Virus record (IMG/VR): IMGVR_UViG_3300035070_002626
Location: 62,001-126,000 of that record
DNA length: 64,000 nt
Strand: one strand, 5' to 3'
The notes under the pieces: model-generated
Told to the model about the DNA's origin: nothing
What the model saw: the letters and a program-made list of their open reading frames with translations, nothing else
Databases searched by the model: none
Position numbers and translations under genes: made by a program
In this document: in pieces, positions 18,140-26,928 of the stretch
Numbering within the stretch: position 1 is the stretch's first letter
How the letters are laid out: each line of letters begins with the position of its first letter

Positions 18140-18175
18140 CATACTTTATAGCATATAAGAAATCAGTTGTCAACC
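18140..18175 (-). promoter_or_regulatory. Sigma70-like early promoter, copy 2 of the 36-bp perfect direct repeat
   Basis: CATACTTTATAGCATATAAGAAATCAGTTGTCAACC identical to 17866..17901. Confidence 0.85.
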
Positions 18176-18194
18176 GGTATTTTACAAAATTACA

Positions 18195-18350
18195 CTATTT
18201 ATTTTTACGAGATCGACGTGCTTTGGCGTATTCGTTTTCGAGCTTGGTAGTAACAGTTTCTTTTACTGCCTTACGTTTTGCACGGGCTGCTTCGCTCTTA
18301 CGAATACGTTCGGCTGCGGCTGCACTAGTTTCATTGGCTAAATTGCTCAT
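18195..18350 (-). CDS. Small basic helical protein (51 aa)
   Basis: Manual translation MSNLANETSAAAERIRK...; AAGGAA RBS. Confidence 0.65.
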   Translation of the reverse strand: MSNLANETSAAAAERIRKSEAARAKRKAVKETVTTKLENEYAKARRSRKNK

Positions 18351-18359
18351 AATAATTCC

Positions 18360-18749
18360 TTACAAGTTAAACATTGGGTGCAATATCAAGTCTTCTACAC
18401 GATCAAACTGCAATGTACCATTACTCACAATCCATTCATTGCCGTTCCACAAGTAGAATAATTCACAGTTTTGTTCTGACATCCTGGTAACAAATTCGTC
18501 GACATCGTCAAACGTTTTAGGTTCAATATCAGTTTCGCCGGTATCACGACCATAGTATACACTACTATCAATTTCTTTTCCTAAGCTACTCACGTCACCG
18601 AGTGCAATTAGTGCTTTGATCTTTTCAATGCTTTGATAGTTGAAAAACAAGATTTTACCGTTGTGTGCCAACCCACCGTCCCAGTGGCAATAGATAGCGT
18701 TAACTTCGCCTGATGCTGTTTTATAACCAATTGCTGAACGTGTTGCCAT
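18360..18749 (-). CDS. Conserved phage protein (TRSAIG...YCHWDG family)
   Basis: MATRSAIGY...AIYCHWDGG motif; AGGAG RBS. Confidence 0.75.
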   Translation of the reverse strand: MATRSAIGYKTASGEVNAIYCHWDGGLAHNGKILFFNYQSIEKIKALIALGDVSSLGKEIDSSVYYGRDTGETDIEPKTFDDVDEFVTRMSEQNCELFYLWNGNEWIVSNGTLQFDRVEDLILHPMFNL

Positions 18750-19027
18750 TATACATACTCCTTGTGATTGCGGATAAACCATTTCTCTATTACAGGCAAT
18801 CCATATTCGTCCTCGTCTACTACAATAGCTGCTACAGTTTTTCGAACATTAGCAAATCTCCAACCATTGTCATTAATCTGTGCTCCACCGACCCAGACCT
18901 TGTGCGGAAAGTCCTCGCCTAAGTGACTGTTCAAAGGTTCATCATTCACACTATATTCAAATGTGTTGCCTGCGCTTTTTTCAACAAACGCCCCGATTGG
19001 ATTTTTAGTGTAGGTGTAATATGCCAT
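18749..19027 (-). CDS. Hypothetical protein
   Basis: ORF track; GAGG RBS. Confidence 0.7.
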   Translation of the reverse strand: MAYYTYTKNPIGAFVEKSAGNTFEYSVNDEPLNSHLGEDFPHKVWVGGAQINDNGWRFANVRKTVAAIVVDEDEYGLPVIEKWFIRNHKEYV

Positions 19028-19030
19028 ACC

Positions 19031-19363
19031 TCACATGCTCCAATAAGTTTCGCTTGCAGGGCTCATATGAGCTGGAGTATTTACTGGTTGTGAGAACTTC
19101 TCACCGTTCATCATACTCTTTACTGTGCGTGACTTTTCAATGTCCTTGTGAAAGTATCCTGCTTCTGCAATACCATAACGGTACAATGGATCATTTACTG
19201 ACTCTAGCATGTCTGCACGATAACGTTTGCTCATACGTGTGAGCGCAGCTTTTGCAGCTGCCATAGTCTTGTATGAATGGTTATAATCTGGACGAACCAT
19301 ACCAGTCTCTTTATTAAGCTTGCCCATGATGTAAGTTGATGAACGTTCGTAAATGTAAAACAT
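19031..19363 (-). CDS. Early hypothetical protein
   Basis: ORF track; promoter TTGACA-17-TATAGT at 19396..19424. Confidence 0.7.
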   Translation of the reverse strand: MFYIYERSSTYIMGKLNKETGMVRPDYNHSYKTMAAAKAALTRMSKRYRADMLESVNDPLYRYGIAEAGYFHKDIEKSRTVKSMMNGEKFSQPVNTPAHMSPASETYWSM

Positions 19364-19420
19364 TGTAGCTCTCCGTTTGCTTAACTGTTACATATACTAT
19401 AACATCAGAGATTACTGTTG

Positions 19421-19738
19421 TCAACCGAATTCTGTGTTTTGGTGTAAATTAATTTGAACAGGAGCTTGTTTGGTGATATAGTACAGCTTTTTGATTACTG
19501 AATTAACTTCAACTGAAGTCATGTAAGGCCTAACATCATCCTCAGTGATCCCCGGGAGTCTTACAAATCCTCCAGGGTTCTCTAGTATTGCAATTTCAAA
19601 AAAATTGCGATCGCCACTAGCCATACATTCATTGTTGATTACGCTCAACTGGTATTTGCCAAAATCTAGTAAGATTTGCCCGTGAGTCCCAACTGTAGGT
19701 GGTACCATTGTAAAATTTTCAATTTTCATAGCAGTCAC
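19421..19738 (-). CDS. Hypothetical protein
   Basis: ORF track. Confidence 0.65.
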   Translation of the reverse strand: MTAMKIENFTMVPPTVGTHGQILLDFGKYQLSVINNECMASGDRNFFEIAILENPGGFVRLPGITEDDVRPYMTSVEVNSVIKKLYYITKQAPVQINLHQNTEFG

Positions 19739-19991
19739 TTGTTTCGATTACTTCCATGCCACTAAAGCCTTCTTGGTACCAGCCACGAGCTTGCGCATAA
19801 GATTCAACTATGTCAAACCAATCTACAAACTTGTGATCGCTGCTGTCCCAAATATCGTTATCCAGCGCCCAATCTCGCATATCTGATTGAACCATAGTAG
19901 ATTGTTCACCTTGTACAGTATCAGCATTGATGCGATCGACTTCTTTTTCAACAAAGATTACATCGTTCATTGTATCTATTAGATTCATCAT
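19719..19991 (-). CDS. Acidic hypothetical protein
   Basis: ORF track. Confidence 0.65.
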   Translation of the reverse strand: MMNLIDTMNDVIFVEKEVDRINADTVQGEQSTMVQSDMRDWALDNDIWDSSDHKFVDWFDIVESYAQARGWYQEGFSGMEVIETSDCYEN

Positions 19992-20002
19992 AATTTTACC
20001 TC

Positions 20003-20305
20003 TTACATTCCCAAGAAATCTGTTTTCAAAACTTCTACTTGCTCTACAGCATTTGGATAACGAGCAAGCAAATCGAAGTCCATCTCGAGTTGTGTTGCAG
20101 TTGACTTAGGAGTCATTTCTTTTGCAACTTGATCTGCAATTTCGTCAAATGCTTCGTAAAACTGCTCTTCGTCTTTCCAGAGATTGAAATTGGATGCATA
20201 CACCTCAGCATCTACAAAATTCCAATTAATAGTACCGTCTGTATTCATGTTTTCGGCTTTGAAAACTGCATCACGGATATCAATTTCAAGCATTGAGTAA
20301 ATCAT
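20003..20305 (-). CDS. Early hypothetical protein
   Basis: ORF track; promoter TTGACA-17-TATAAA at 20339..20367. Confidence 0.7.
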   Translation of the reverse strand: MIYSMLEIDIRDAVFKAENMNTDGTINWNFVDAEVYASNFNLWKDEEQFYEAFDEIADQVAKEMTPKSTATQLEMDFDLLARYPNAVEQVEVLKTDFLGM

Positions 20306-20378
20306 GTTGTGTACCTTCTTTGTTACTACCTATACATGTTTATAGCATGTAGTAATTTAAATGTCAACCACTATTTTA

Positions 20379-20795
20379 CTATTTTTGAAATTTAAGTGAA
20401 TATTTTTTGCCATCTGCATAAAATGTTACCACACTGTGGCTGTACACTTCACGACGGCGTTCTTCGTAACGTGTTTCGGTTTGGCATTGACGTTGTACAC
20501 CGGCTTGTTTGTTGGAATTGTTAGTAACAGCTTCGGCACCAACAATTGCACCAAGAACAGTCATTGCATCTTTTCCGCTGCCATTGCCGAGTTGATTGCC
20601 AATTGTTCCGCCAATAATTGCACCAAACAGCGTATCTGCTGCACTGGCACCGTTGCGCCTTACATCTTTGCACACCTCGACGCTGTAAGGAGTTTGATCG
20701 ATAACAGTTTTATAATGATCTCTAACTGTTTCTGCAAACGATGCATTTGCAAATAATGTAATTAGTGCTGTTACTGCTATAAGTTTCATTGGCAT
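20379..20795 (-). CDS. Secreted glycine-zipper 2TM protein (YcfJ-like)
   Basis: Signal peptide; GAIIGGTIGNQLGNGSG...GAIVGA glycine zipper. Confidence 0.8.
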   Translation of the reverse strand: MPMKLIAVTALITLFANASFAETVRDHYKTVIDQTPYSVEVCKDVRRNGASAADTLFGAIIGGTIGNQLGNGSGKDAMTVLGAIVGAEAVTNNSNKQAGVQRQCQTETRYEERRREVYSHSVVTFYADGKKYSLKFQK

Positions 20796-21589
20796 GCTTC
20801 CTTTATCACCCTGATGTTGTTACTTATCTGGGTGTTAAATTCTTCAGTGGTTTGATGTGCGTACAACCCTTCTGACAATGCTCTACTAAAACTAGCAGTT
20901 ACATTGTCATTGAGGCCAAGCTTATTACATGCTTCTGCTGTGCTGTATCCGCCACTTAGGAACACAACACGTTCTACATTAGGAAATACTGTAAGGTTAT
21001 GATACAAGTTGGGTACTTCCGGTGGTGTTAGTTTGAGAATACATTTGCCTGGAAACTCGTCTAAGAAATCTTGTAGATGAAACATAAGAGCATCTTCAAC
21101 TTCGCCTTTGATGGGATGGTCAATAGGCACTTCAGGTTCAATAATTGGTACAAGGCCATAGTCCCAAATAGTACGAGCAAGTGTAAATTGTTGTTTAAGC
21201 ACAGGATGAATCATACCTGTACCATGTACAATGCTACGCATCTTAGTGCCGTAGATTCGAGGACCAATACCATTTGTAGCAAACTCTAACATCTGCTTTA
21301 CTGGAAACTGTTTGAGTGTCCCGTCAGCATCGCAGCCACTGTCAATCTTTAGGAACGTGTCGATACCTTTTTCATCCAAGATGTTAACCATGCCACGTGT
21401 GACTGTGTCTTGGTAGAGGATTGCTGCCCAGATGTTTTTGTCGTTGAAGTCAGGACTGTTGACCATTCTAAGACGCATAGCATGCACTGTTTCCATTTTG
21501 TTGTGTTCGTTCCAAGGTGCCTTGTAGCGATCTAGTACACCTCCGGTTGAACCACCACTGTGATCCATTGCTGCAATAAATCTACTCAT
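20786..21589 (-). CDS. Class I fructose-bisphosphate aldolase
   Basis: FIAAMDHSGGST, GTKMRS, PIIEPEV, ILKLT, FLSGGYS, ASFSRAL motifs. Confidence 0.88.
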   Translation of the reverse strand: MSRFIAAMDHSGGSTGGVLDRYKAPWNEHNKMETVHAMRLRMVNSPDFNDKNIWAAILYQDTVTRGMVNILDEKGIDTFLKIDSGCDADGTLKQFPVKQMLEFATNGIGPRIYGTKMRSIVHGTGMIHPVLKQQFTLARTIWDYGLVPIIEPEVPIDHPIKGEVEDALMFHLQDFLDEFPGKCILKLTPPEVPNLYHNLTVFPNVERVVFLSGGYSTAEACNKLGLNDNVTASFSRALSEGLYAHQTTEEFNTQISNNIRVIKEACQ

Positions 21590-21878
21590 GTTCGCCGCCG
21601 GCGGCACGCCCGTTGTATTTGTTAAACAAATTTGGCTTACGTTTTGCTGTTTCGAATACTGCAACAGTTACTACAATTCCGGTAATCAAGGCTGTGTGTA
21701 CAATTGCATTAAGTCCTGCATATGCCCATGTGCCACTTGCAATAGTGAATACAATTACCCACATCCAGGCAAGAACTTGCATAATCATATGACGTACTGG
21801 CAGTGACGGAATGTTGCGCAACGGATTTCTAGTGTGATCCATAATCAAGTTCCATTGTTCTACAATAAATTCACTCAT
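21582..21878 (-). CDS. Small two-TM membrane protein
   Basis: Two hydrophobic helices. Confidence 0.7.
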   Translation of the reverse strand: MSEFIVEQWNLIMDHTRNPLRNIPSLPVRHMIMQVLAWMWVIVFTIASGTWAYAGLNAIVHTALITGIVVTVAVFETAKRKPNLFNKYNGRAAGGEHE

Positions 21879-21881
21879 TTT

Positions 21882-22382
21882 TTACTCGCTTAAATCGTAT
21901 TTAAAGTTTTGTGTTGTGCTGTTAATAGCAATTTGTTTAGCACCATTTCGAATGTGAAAGTGTGTGGCCATTGGAGTCAATGGCGATAGTGTCACTAGTG
22001 TCTTAATGTTGATAGAGTTTTTCATCATATCACCCACCTTGCCAATGATTTCCTTGCCTGCACCACGCTTGCGGCTCCACACTGTGTATGCTACTGCGGT
22101 ATCTGCATTTTTTTGTAAATGTGCATTTTGGCTCATCAAGTCTAGTTCTTTTAAACTTGAAGGAACATCATTGGTGTAAGCAATACAGATAATGCCTTCA
22201 ATCTCGTCTTCGTACTTTAATCCGTAGATTTTGCGTCCGTAACTTGTGCGCCATTCTACATCAAGTTCGGGACGCACAGGATCTTCGCTTACATCAATAT
22301 TGTCAAGTTCAACTAATTCAGTAACTTTAACCCAACCAAAAAAGTTGTCAATTTTACTCTTGAACTTTTGTACTTTACTCAT
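21882..22382 (-). CDS. Hypothetical protein, possibly GNAT-like
   Basis: AYTVWSRKRGAGKEII...TLVTLSP resembles a GNAT acyl-CoA-binding region; tentative. Confidence 0.55.
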   Translation of the reverse strand: MSKVQKFKSKIDNFFGWVKVTELVELDNIDVSEDPVRPELDVEWRTSYGRKIYGLKYEDEIEGIICIAYTNDVPSSLKELDLMSQNAHLQKNADTAVAYTVWSRKRGAGKEIIGKVGDMMKNSINIKTLVTLSPLTPMATHFHIRNGAKQIAINSTTQNFKYDLSE

Positions 22383-22383
22383 T

Positions 22384-22536
22384 TTATTCTAAGCCTAGGC
22401 AAGGAATAATAATAGATTGAGCACAATTATCTGGCCAAGCAATAGCTGCGGCTAAAATAGGAATACCCACCATGCCAATTGTAATGACAAGAAATGCAAC
22501 TGACAAATATTTAAAATCTTTATTCAACCTACTCAT
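22384..22536 (-). CDS. Small membrane protein
   Basis: Start trimmed to MSRLNKDF; one TM helix. Confidence 0.6.
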   Translation of the reverse strand: MSRLNKDFKYLSVAFLVITIGMVGIPILAAAIAWPDNCAQSIIIPCLGLE

Positions 22537-22867
22537 AACTTTCTCCTGTTTCTCTAAAGAAGTTTTCACTCCAAAATGCTTTGTCGTCAATCCAAATGTC
22601 GTAGTTTTCTTTTTCACCAACACTTAGTTCGTGATACTTGCATCCCCAAAAGTCTAATTGATTTTTGGTAAGGTCGTAATAATCCACGCCGCTAACACAC
22701 CCACGTGCTGTCATATATTTAATTGTATGCCCTGCATTATATAATGCATTTACTTTCGCAATGCGAGCTGGCAGTGGGATATGGTTGGCATAGTCTTTCT
22801 TTCCGCCGCTGTTGGGTATGATTACTTCTTGGCAGATAGTACCGTCAATGTCGATTACATATTTCAT
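22529..22867 (-). CDS. Minimal HAD-superfamily phosphatase
   Basis: YVIDIDGT motif I, MTARG motif II, WIDDK motif IV. Confidence 0.85.
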   Translation of the reverse strand: MKYVIDIDGTICQEVIIPNSGGKKDYANHIPLPARIAKVNALYNAGHTIKYMTARGCVSGVDYYDLTKNQLDFWGCKYHELSVGEKENYDIWIDDKAFWSENFFRETGESYE

Positions 22868-22885
22868 ATTCAGTTCCTTTGTTGA

Positions 22886-23101
22886 TTATCCACCGGGCAC
22901 AAACCCCTTGGGACGATACCAAACTTTTTGTTCATGTATGCGTCCTAGGAGTTCTTGTATCTCTCTCATCTCCTCGTGGAGTTGTGTTGATACAGTGCCT
23001 TCGGCAATGGCTAGACCTCTACGACCGGCCTTTGCTCTTAGTGCCGATTCGATGATTTCAACGTCTCTTATAGTGAGTTCAAAGTTATTATTAGGTTTCA
23101 T
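22886..23101 (-). CDS. Hypothetical protein
   Basis: ORF track. Confidence 0.65.
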   Translation of the reverse strand: MKPNNNFELTIRDVEIIESALRAKAGRRGLAIAEGTVSTQLHEEMREIQELLGRIHEQKVWYRPKGFVPGG

Positions 23102-23105
23102 TTTG

Positions 23106-23339
23106 TTACGACCATTTCAACAACATTATTAAGTATTCTTGTTTGGTATAAGTTAGCGGCCAACTTGACCCTTTGATAGGAGGCTTCCCGGTGTCATCGT
23201 ATAGTATGTGCACAATGTGATACTTTTTTAGCCATATACGTTTCTTGCTAAATGTGCTGTACACTGGAAGCCAAGCAAATTTTTCTTCATGTTTTTCTTG
23301 ATCGGCTAGTTTTGTACCGTAGTATCCATGCCCCATCAT
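23106..23339 (-). CDS. Hypothetical protein (FAWLPV motif)
   Basis: ORF track. Confidence 0.65.
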   Translation of the reverse strand: MMGHGYYGTKLADQEKHEEKFAWLPVYSTFSKKRIWLKKYHIVHILYDDTGKPPIKGSSWPLTYTKQEYLIMLLKWS

Positions 23340-23343
23340 GTGT

Positions 23344-23553
23344 TTAAGTGTTTACTCCGTTGATAATATCACGTCTACCTTCTGGACCAATTTGACCGTC
23401 GAGCATGGTTTTTACTCTATCCAACATGACACACGCCATCATTAGTACGTCTTCTCGACTGTCGCACATTAAAATTTGTTGTTCAATTGGTGCACACAAT
23501 TCCAACATACGTGCGTGTATTTTATCATTATCCACCAATATATTCACCCACAA
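23344..23553 (-). CDS. Hypothetical protein
   Basis: ORF track; true start uncertain. Confidence 0.55.
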   Translation of the reverse strand: MWVNILVDNDKIHARMLELCAPIEQQILMCDSREDVLMMACVMLDRVKTMLDGQIGPEGRRDIINGVNT

Positions 23554-24136
23554 TATGTTTGTATATTTCTTTCCAGTTGACTACTTTCTTCATACCATCT
23601 GGCACAACTTCGTTCATGTTCCAACCGTGTTCGATTAAGATTGGACGCATACCTACTTTCTGTCCTGCAACTGCATTTGAAAATTTGTCTTCGATCCAGT
23701 AGTAACCGGTATCGCGGTATTTCTCGAGTGCTTGTTCTTTGTCTGCACCTGTGTCTAGACACTCTAGTACTGGAAATGCTGTTGGACCAAACAACTTGTC
23801 CAAGTTCATTTGGCGCAGCTTCTTGGCATTAGGATCAAGACTCATACTAGTAACACAATGGAACACATAACCATGTTCTTCGTGTAAACGTTTGACATAA
23901 TAACGTGCATCACGCAGTGCTGGCAAGAACGCCATTGCTGCACTTTCGTTGAATATCACAACTTGCTTAACAGCTTCTTCTAATGTAACACCAAACCGTT
24001 TACCGATGTTGTATTCTTTATTGCCATTTTCAATTTCAGTGTAGCCATGTTGTGTCATCCAAGCACAAAATGCGTACTCCCAATTCAACAAAACGCCATC
24101 GCAGTCTGTTACAATAATTTTTTCATGGTTGGTCAA
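23528..24136 (-). CDS. HAD-family 5'(3')-deoxyribonucleotidase-like protein
   Basis: DCDGVLLNW, VTS, WIEDK motifs; TTG start with TAGGAG RBS; promoter at 24168..24196. Confidence 0.85.
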   Translation of the reverse strand: MTNHEKIIVTDCDGVLLNWEYAFCAWMTQHGYTEIENGNKEYNIGKRFGVTLEEAVKQVVIFNESAAMAFLPALRDARYYVKRLHEEHGYVFHCVTSMSLDPNAKKLRQMNLDKLFGPTAFPVLECLDTGADKEQALEKYRDTGYYWIEDKFSNAVAGQKVGMRPILIEHGWNMNEVVPDGMKKVVNWKEIYKHIVGEYIGG

Positions 24137-24309
24137 CTAATATGCTCCTATATTATTATTACGCTTTAATATAGCACAGGAAATAAAATAAGTCAACCGT
24201 TATATTATACCTATCCAATGTGTACAATCGTCGCAAGGGTCGTCGATCCATGTGGTTTGCCACTGGTGAATATCATCTAAGTCTTCCATTGATTACTTAT
24301 CAAAGAAAA

Positions 24310-25230
24310 CTATGAAATCTGCGCTAGTTCTACCATTGTTGCACTCAAATTAATTTCAGGATCTGCGACAAAACTATGGTTAACCAAGCCATTCTTGATA
24401 ATCACAATAGCACTATCTTGCCCTTGTACACTGTCGCTAAACAGTTCTAAATTGTCGTACATCCAACGGAATACATCTTCCATTTCTTCTGCTCGTACTG
24501 TGCTGCACATCAGCTTTCGTGCTTCGTGTATCTTACCTGCTTTAAACAATTCCACAGCATTAATACGCCACTCCTTAGTTGTGCCTTCATCGCCATTGGG
24601 ACTTGTAAGTTTACCATCCGAGCTGTTCATTTGACAAACGTTTAAGCACTTGCGCAAATCTGGATATGTGCTTCTCACATAAGTGTCCAGCGTGTCAAGA
24701 TCAAATTCAACGTCCTCTGTTACTAATACAGTTGCAACACGGGCAGTAAATTCAGTTAAATCTACTTTTTCAATGTGAAATCCTTGGCAACGACTATGTA
24801 GTGCCGGAATAACTCTGTTGGGATAGTTACAAGTTAAGATGAACCTTGCGCTTGCATGATATGTTTCCATTACGCCACGCAGTGCTGCTTGGCCATTTGG
24901 CGAAATATAATCAGCTTCATCTAACAACACTACTTTAAAGTCACCAAACGGCATAGTCTGTACAAATCCAGTGATCTTGTCTCGGATGGTATCAATACTG
25001 TTTTCGCGACTAGCGTTGATTTCTAGCACATCATACTCGTTAACATCTAGTTGGGCAATTAAGATCTTTGCTAATGTAGTTTTGCCAACACCTGGCGCAC
25101 CTGAAAACAGCAAATGCGGAATAGCTCCATCTTTGATCCAACTTTTCACTTGTGCTTTTTGGTCGTTGTCTCGGAACACATAGCCGTCAACATCTGCTGG
25201 CCGGTACTTTTCAGTCCATAGTTGCTTCAT
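24310..25230 (-). CDS. Sliding clamp loader subunit (RFC/gp44-like AAA+)
   Basis: WTEKYRP, GAPGVGKT, LLDEAD, SRC motifs. Confidence 0.92.
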   Translation of the reverse strand: MKQLWTEKYRPADVDGYVFRDNDQKAQVKSWIKDGAIPHLLFSGAPGVGKTTLAKILIAQLDVNEYDVLEINASRENSIDTIRDKITGFVQTMPFGDFKVVLLDEADYISPNGQAALRGVMETYHASARFILTCNYPNRVIPALHSRCQGFHIEKVDLTEFTARVATVLVTEDVEFDLDTLDTYVRSTYPDLRKCLNVCQMNSSDGKLTSPNGDEGTTKEWRINAVELFKAGKIHEARKLMCSTVRAEEMEDVFRWMYDNLELFSDSVQGQDSAIVIIKNGLVNHSFVADPEINLSATMVELAQIS

Positions 25231-25340
25231 TTATAATTTCCATCTATGTCATAATGATTGTTGTTATAATAGGCCCATGCCAAACTGTTCCACCAAGGGT
25301 GTCCTTGCTTTCTTAGTTTGCGATACCATGCCCAATACAT
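25227..25340 (-). CDS. 37-aa Trp-rich hypothetical protein
   Basis: Manual translation MYWAWYRKLRK...; ATGA overlap with the clamp loader. Confidence 0.5.
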   Translation of the reverse strand: MYWAWYRKLRKQGHPWWNSLAWAYYNNNHYDIDGNYK

Positions 25341-25383
25341 ATCTATAGTATACACGACTATATTTGATTTGTAAAGAAGTTAA

Positions 25384-25797
25384 TTAGCCTTTGTAGAATT
25401 TACTTGATTCAGGCATTGCATTTTCGGCAATGCTAGTAGCCATACTTTGAGTATCATCTTTTGGTTTTTCGTTGCTAACTAGTAGCATATCTTTGGGGTC
25501 AACCTTGCGGATTGTAGTTTGTTCTCCGTTAGCGTCCTCAATTAGATACCCACGACTCCAGCGCCCGTGGTCTACCATAATCCATTGTCCTTCTTCAACA
25601 TCAAGTTGCTTTGGGCCAACTGCGTAAATTTTCCCCCAACGTGGGCGGATGCCGTAACCTTTGCCATCATCATTGATTAGGATCAACCCGCCGCTTAGAC
25701 TACGTTCACCGAACTCCATTTCTTCTACTAGGACATCGTCGTGTAGTGCTTTAATTTTTTGGGCGACCTTGATTGCGTTAATATTTTGAGTGGCCAT
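25384..25797 (-). CDS. groES: GroES-like co-chaperonin
   Basis: IKALHDDVLV...SGGLIL mobile loop...GKIYAVGP. Confidence 0.85.
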   Translation of the reverse strand: MATQNINAIKVAQKIKALHDDVLVEEMEFGERSLSGGLILINDDGKGYGIRPRWGKIYAVGPKQLDVEEGQWIMVDHGRWSRGYLIEDANGEQTTIRKVDPKDMLLVSNEKPKDDTQSMATSIAENAMPESSKFYKG

Positions 25798-26417
25798 TAT
25801 ATTTTCCTTACTCCGGCTTTTTCTTGTGCAAGTTGACGTGGGGTTTTTGCTTGTTCTTGTTTAATAGATCTTGCACGTGCAATAGCATCTGCAAGTCCTC
25901 GAGGTGCAACCGGTGCAGGCTCAGCTTCTGCTACTGGTTCTGGCGTATCAACAGTTTCCTTAACTTCTATGTCAAGTACTGTTGGCGATACTTCCCTAAT
26001 CTTTGGTTCGGCTTTTTTAGCTGCTGGTTTTTTAGCTGCTGGTTTTTTAGCTGCTGGTTTTTTCTTGGTACTTGCTTTGGCTACTTTTGTAGCCTCTTTT
26101 TCGGCACTGCTTTTACGTGGTTTTGCTGTCTTTGCTGTTACAGGCACTTCTTCATTGACCACTGGATCAGGAACCAAGTCAGCAGCCGCTCGACGACTTG
26201 CAACCGGTAAATCATCAACAGGGCCAATTTGTTTATTATATTGCCTATTGGTTTGTTTTACTTTGCTATCAACAACTCCGCCGCGATTATCGATTCGATC
26301 TCCACGAGCATTTACACCCATGTTACCAACTGCTCTGGTGTTTTCGTTTTGCAATAACAAAGCACCTAAATCTACTGCCTTGCCTTGCGATGACCTGTAT
26401 GTACGTTTTCCTGCCAT
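25797..26417 (-). CDS. Hypothetical protein with histone H1-like PAAKK repeats
   Basis: ORF track; late promoter 26443..26448; RBS TAGGAG. Confidence 0.75.
   Translation of the reverse strand: MAGKRTYRSSQGKAVDLGALLLQNENTRAVGNMGVNARGDRIDNRGGVVDSKVKQTNRQYNKQIGPVDDLPVASRRAAADLVPDPVVNEEVPVTAKTAKPRKSSAEKEATKVAKASTKKKPAAKKPAAKKPAAKKAEPKIREVSPTVLDIEVKETVDTPEPVAEAEPAPVAPRGLADAIARARSIKQEQAKTPRQLAQEKAGVRKI
26013..26057 (-). repeat. 3 x 15-bp tandem repeat encoding PAAKK
   Basis: TTTTTTAGCTGCTGG x3 on + strand. Confidence 0.9.
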
Positions 26418-26445
26418 TGGTGGCTCCTATTAACTACGTATATAT

Positions 26446-26928
26446 TTATCTTAGAAATTCTTCAGGCGACAAATCATAGTACATACTGTTGACTCTATGC
26501 ACACCTAATAGGTATAGAACATAGCTAGCAACACTGGATCCACGGCCGACGCCCCATATGATATTATTGTCTTTTAATGTATCAACAAGATACTTGAGAT
26601 ATTTTAACAAATTAAACAAGTCACGTTCTTGATACAGCAATAATTCATGCCCAACTCTTTGTAACTCTTCGGGTGTTTTACAACACTCAATAACATGTTT
26701 TGCAATGTCTAAGTCGTGGTATTCATCTGGCATTAGCCATTTTTGTTGATTTGCACGATCGTATTCTTCAACGGTAATAGAGTTGTCAGTTGCATTTACA
26801 AACTCAACATCATCAGGATGATCCACAGTGTGGTCCACAGTAATACCTGAGATGTTTTGTTCACTCATAACAAGATCTACTACATCATCGATGTTATATA
26901 CCAGTTCACCAAATTTATTTTTTATCAT
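26446..26928 (-). CDS. Stand-alone fragment of DNA polymerase III alpha (DnaE-like)
   Basis: YLKYLVD...WGVGRGSSVASYVLYLLGVHRVN matches DnaE GPGRGSAAGSLVAY(C)LGIT. Confidence 0.8.
   Translation of the reverse strand: MIKNKFGELVYNIDDVVDLVMSEQNISGITVDHTVDHPDDVEFVNATDNSITVEEYDRANQQKWLMPDEYHDLDIAKHVIECCKTPEELQRVGHELLLYQERDLFNLLKYLKYLVDTLKDNNIIWGVGRGSSVASYVLYLLGVHRVNSMYYDLSPEEFLR

Noticed and set aside
17866-18175. 36-bp repeats as a mini-CRISPR array or att sites
   Set aside because: Only two copies, a 238-bp coding spacer, and the repeat is exactly a -35/-10 promoter.
24200-24289. 29-aa ORF MEDLDDIHQW...CDDCTHW
   Set aside because: Too short with a weak RBS; possible but not supportable, so not listed as a feature.
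26446-26928. Split intein associated with the DnaE fragment
   Set aside because: No intein N- or C-terminal motifs at the fragment ends.
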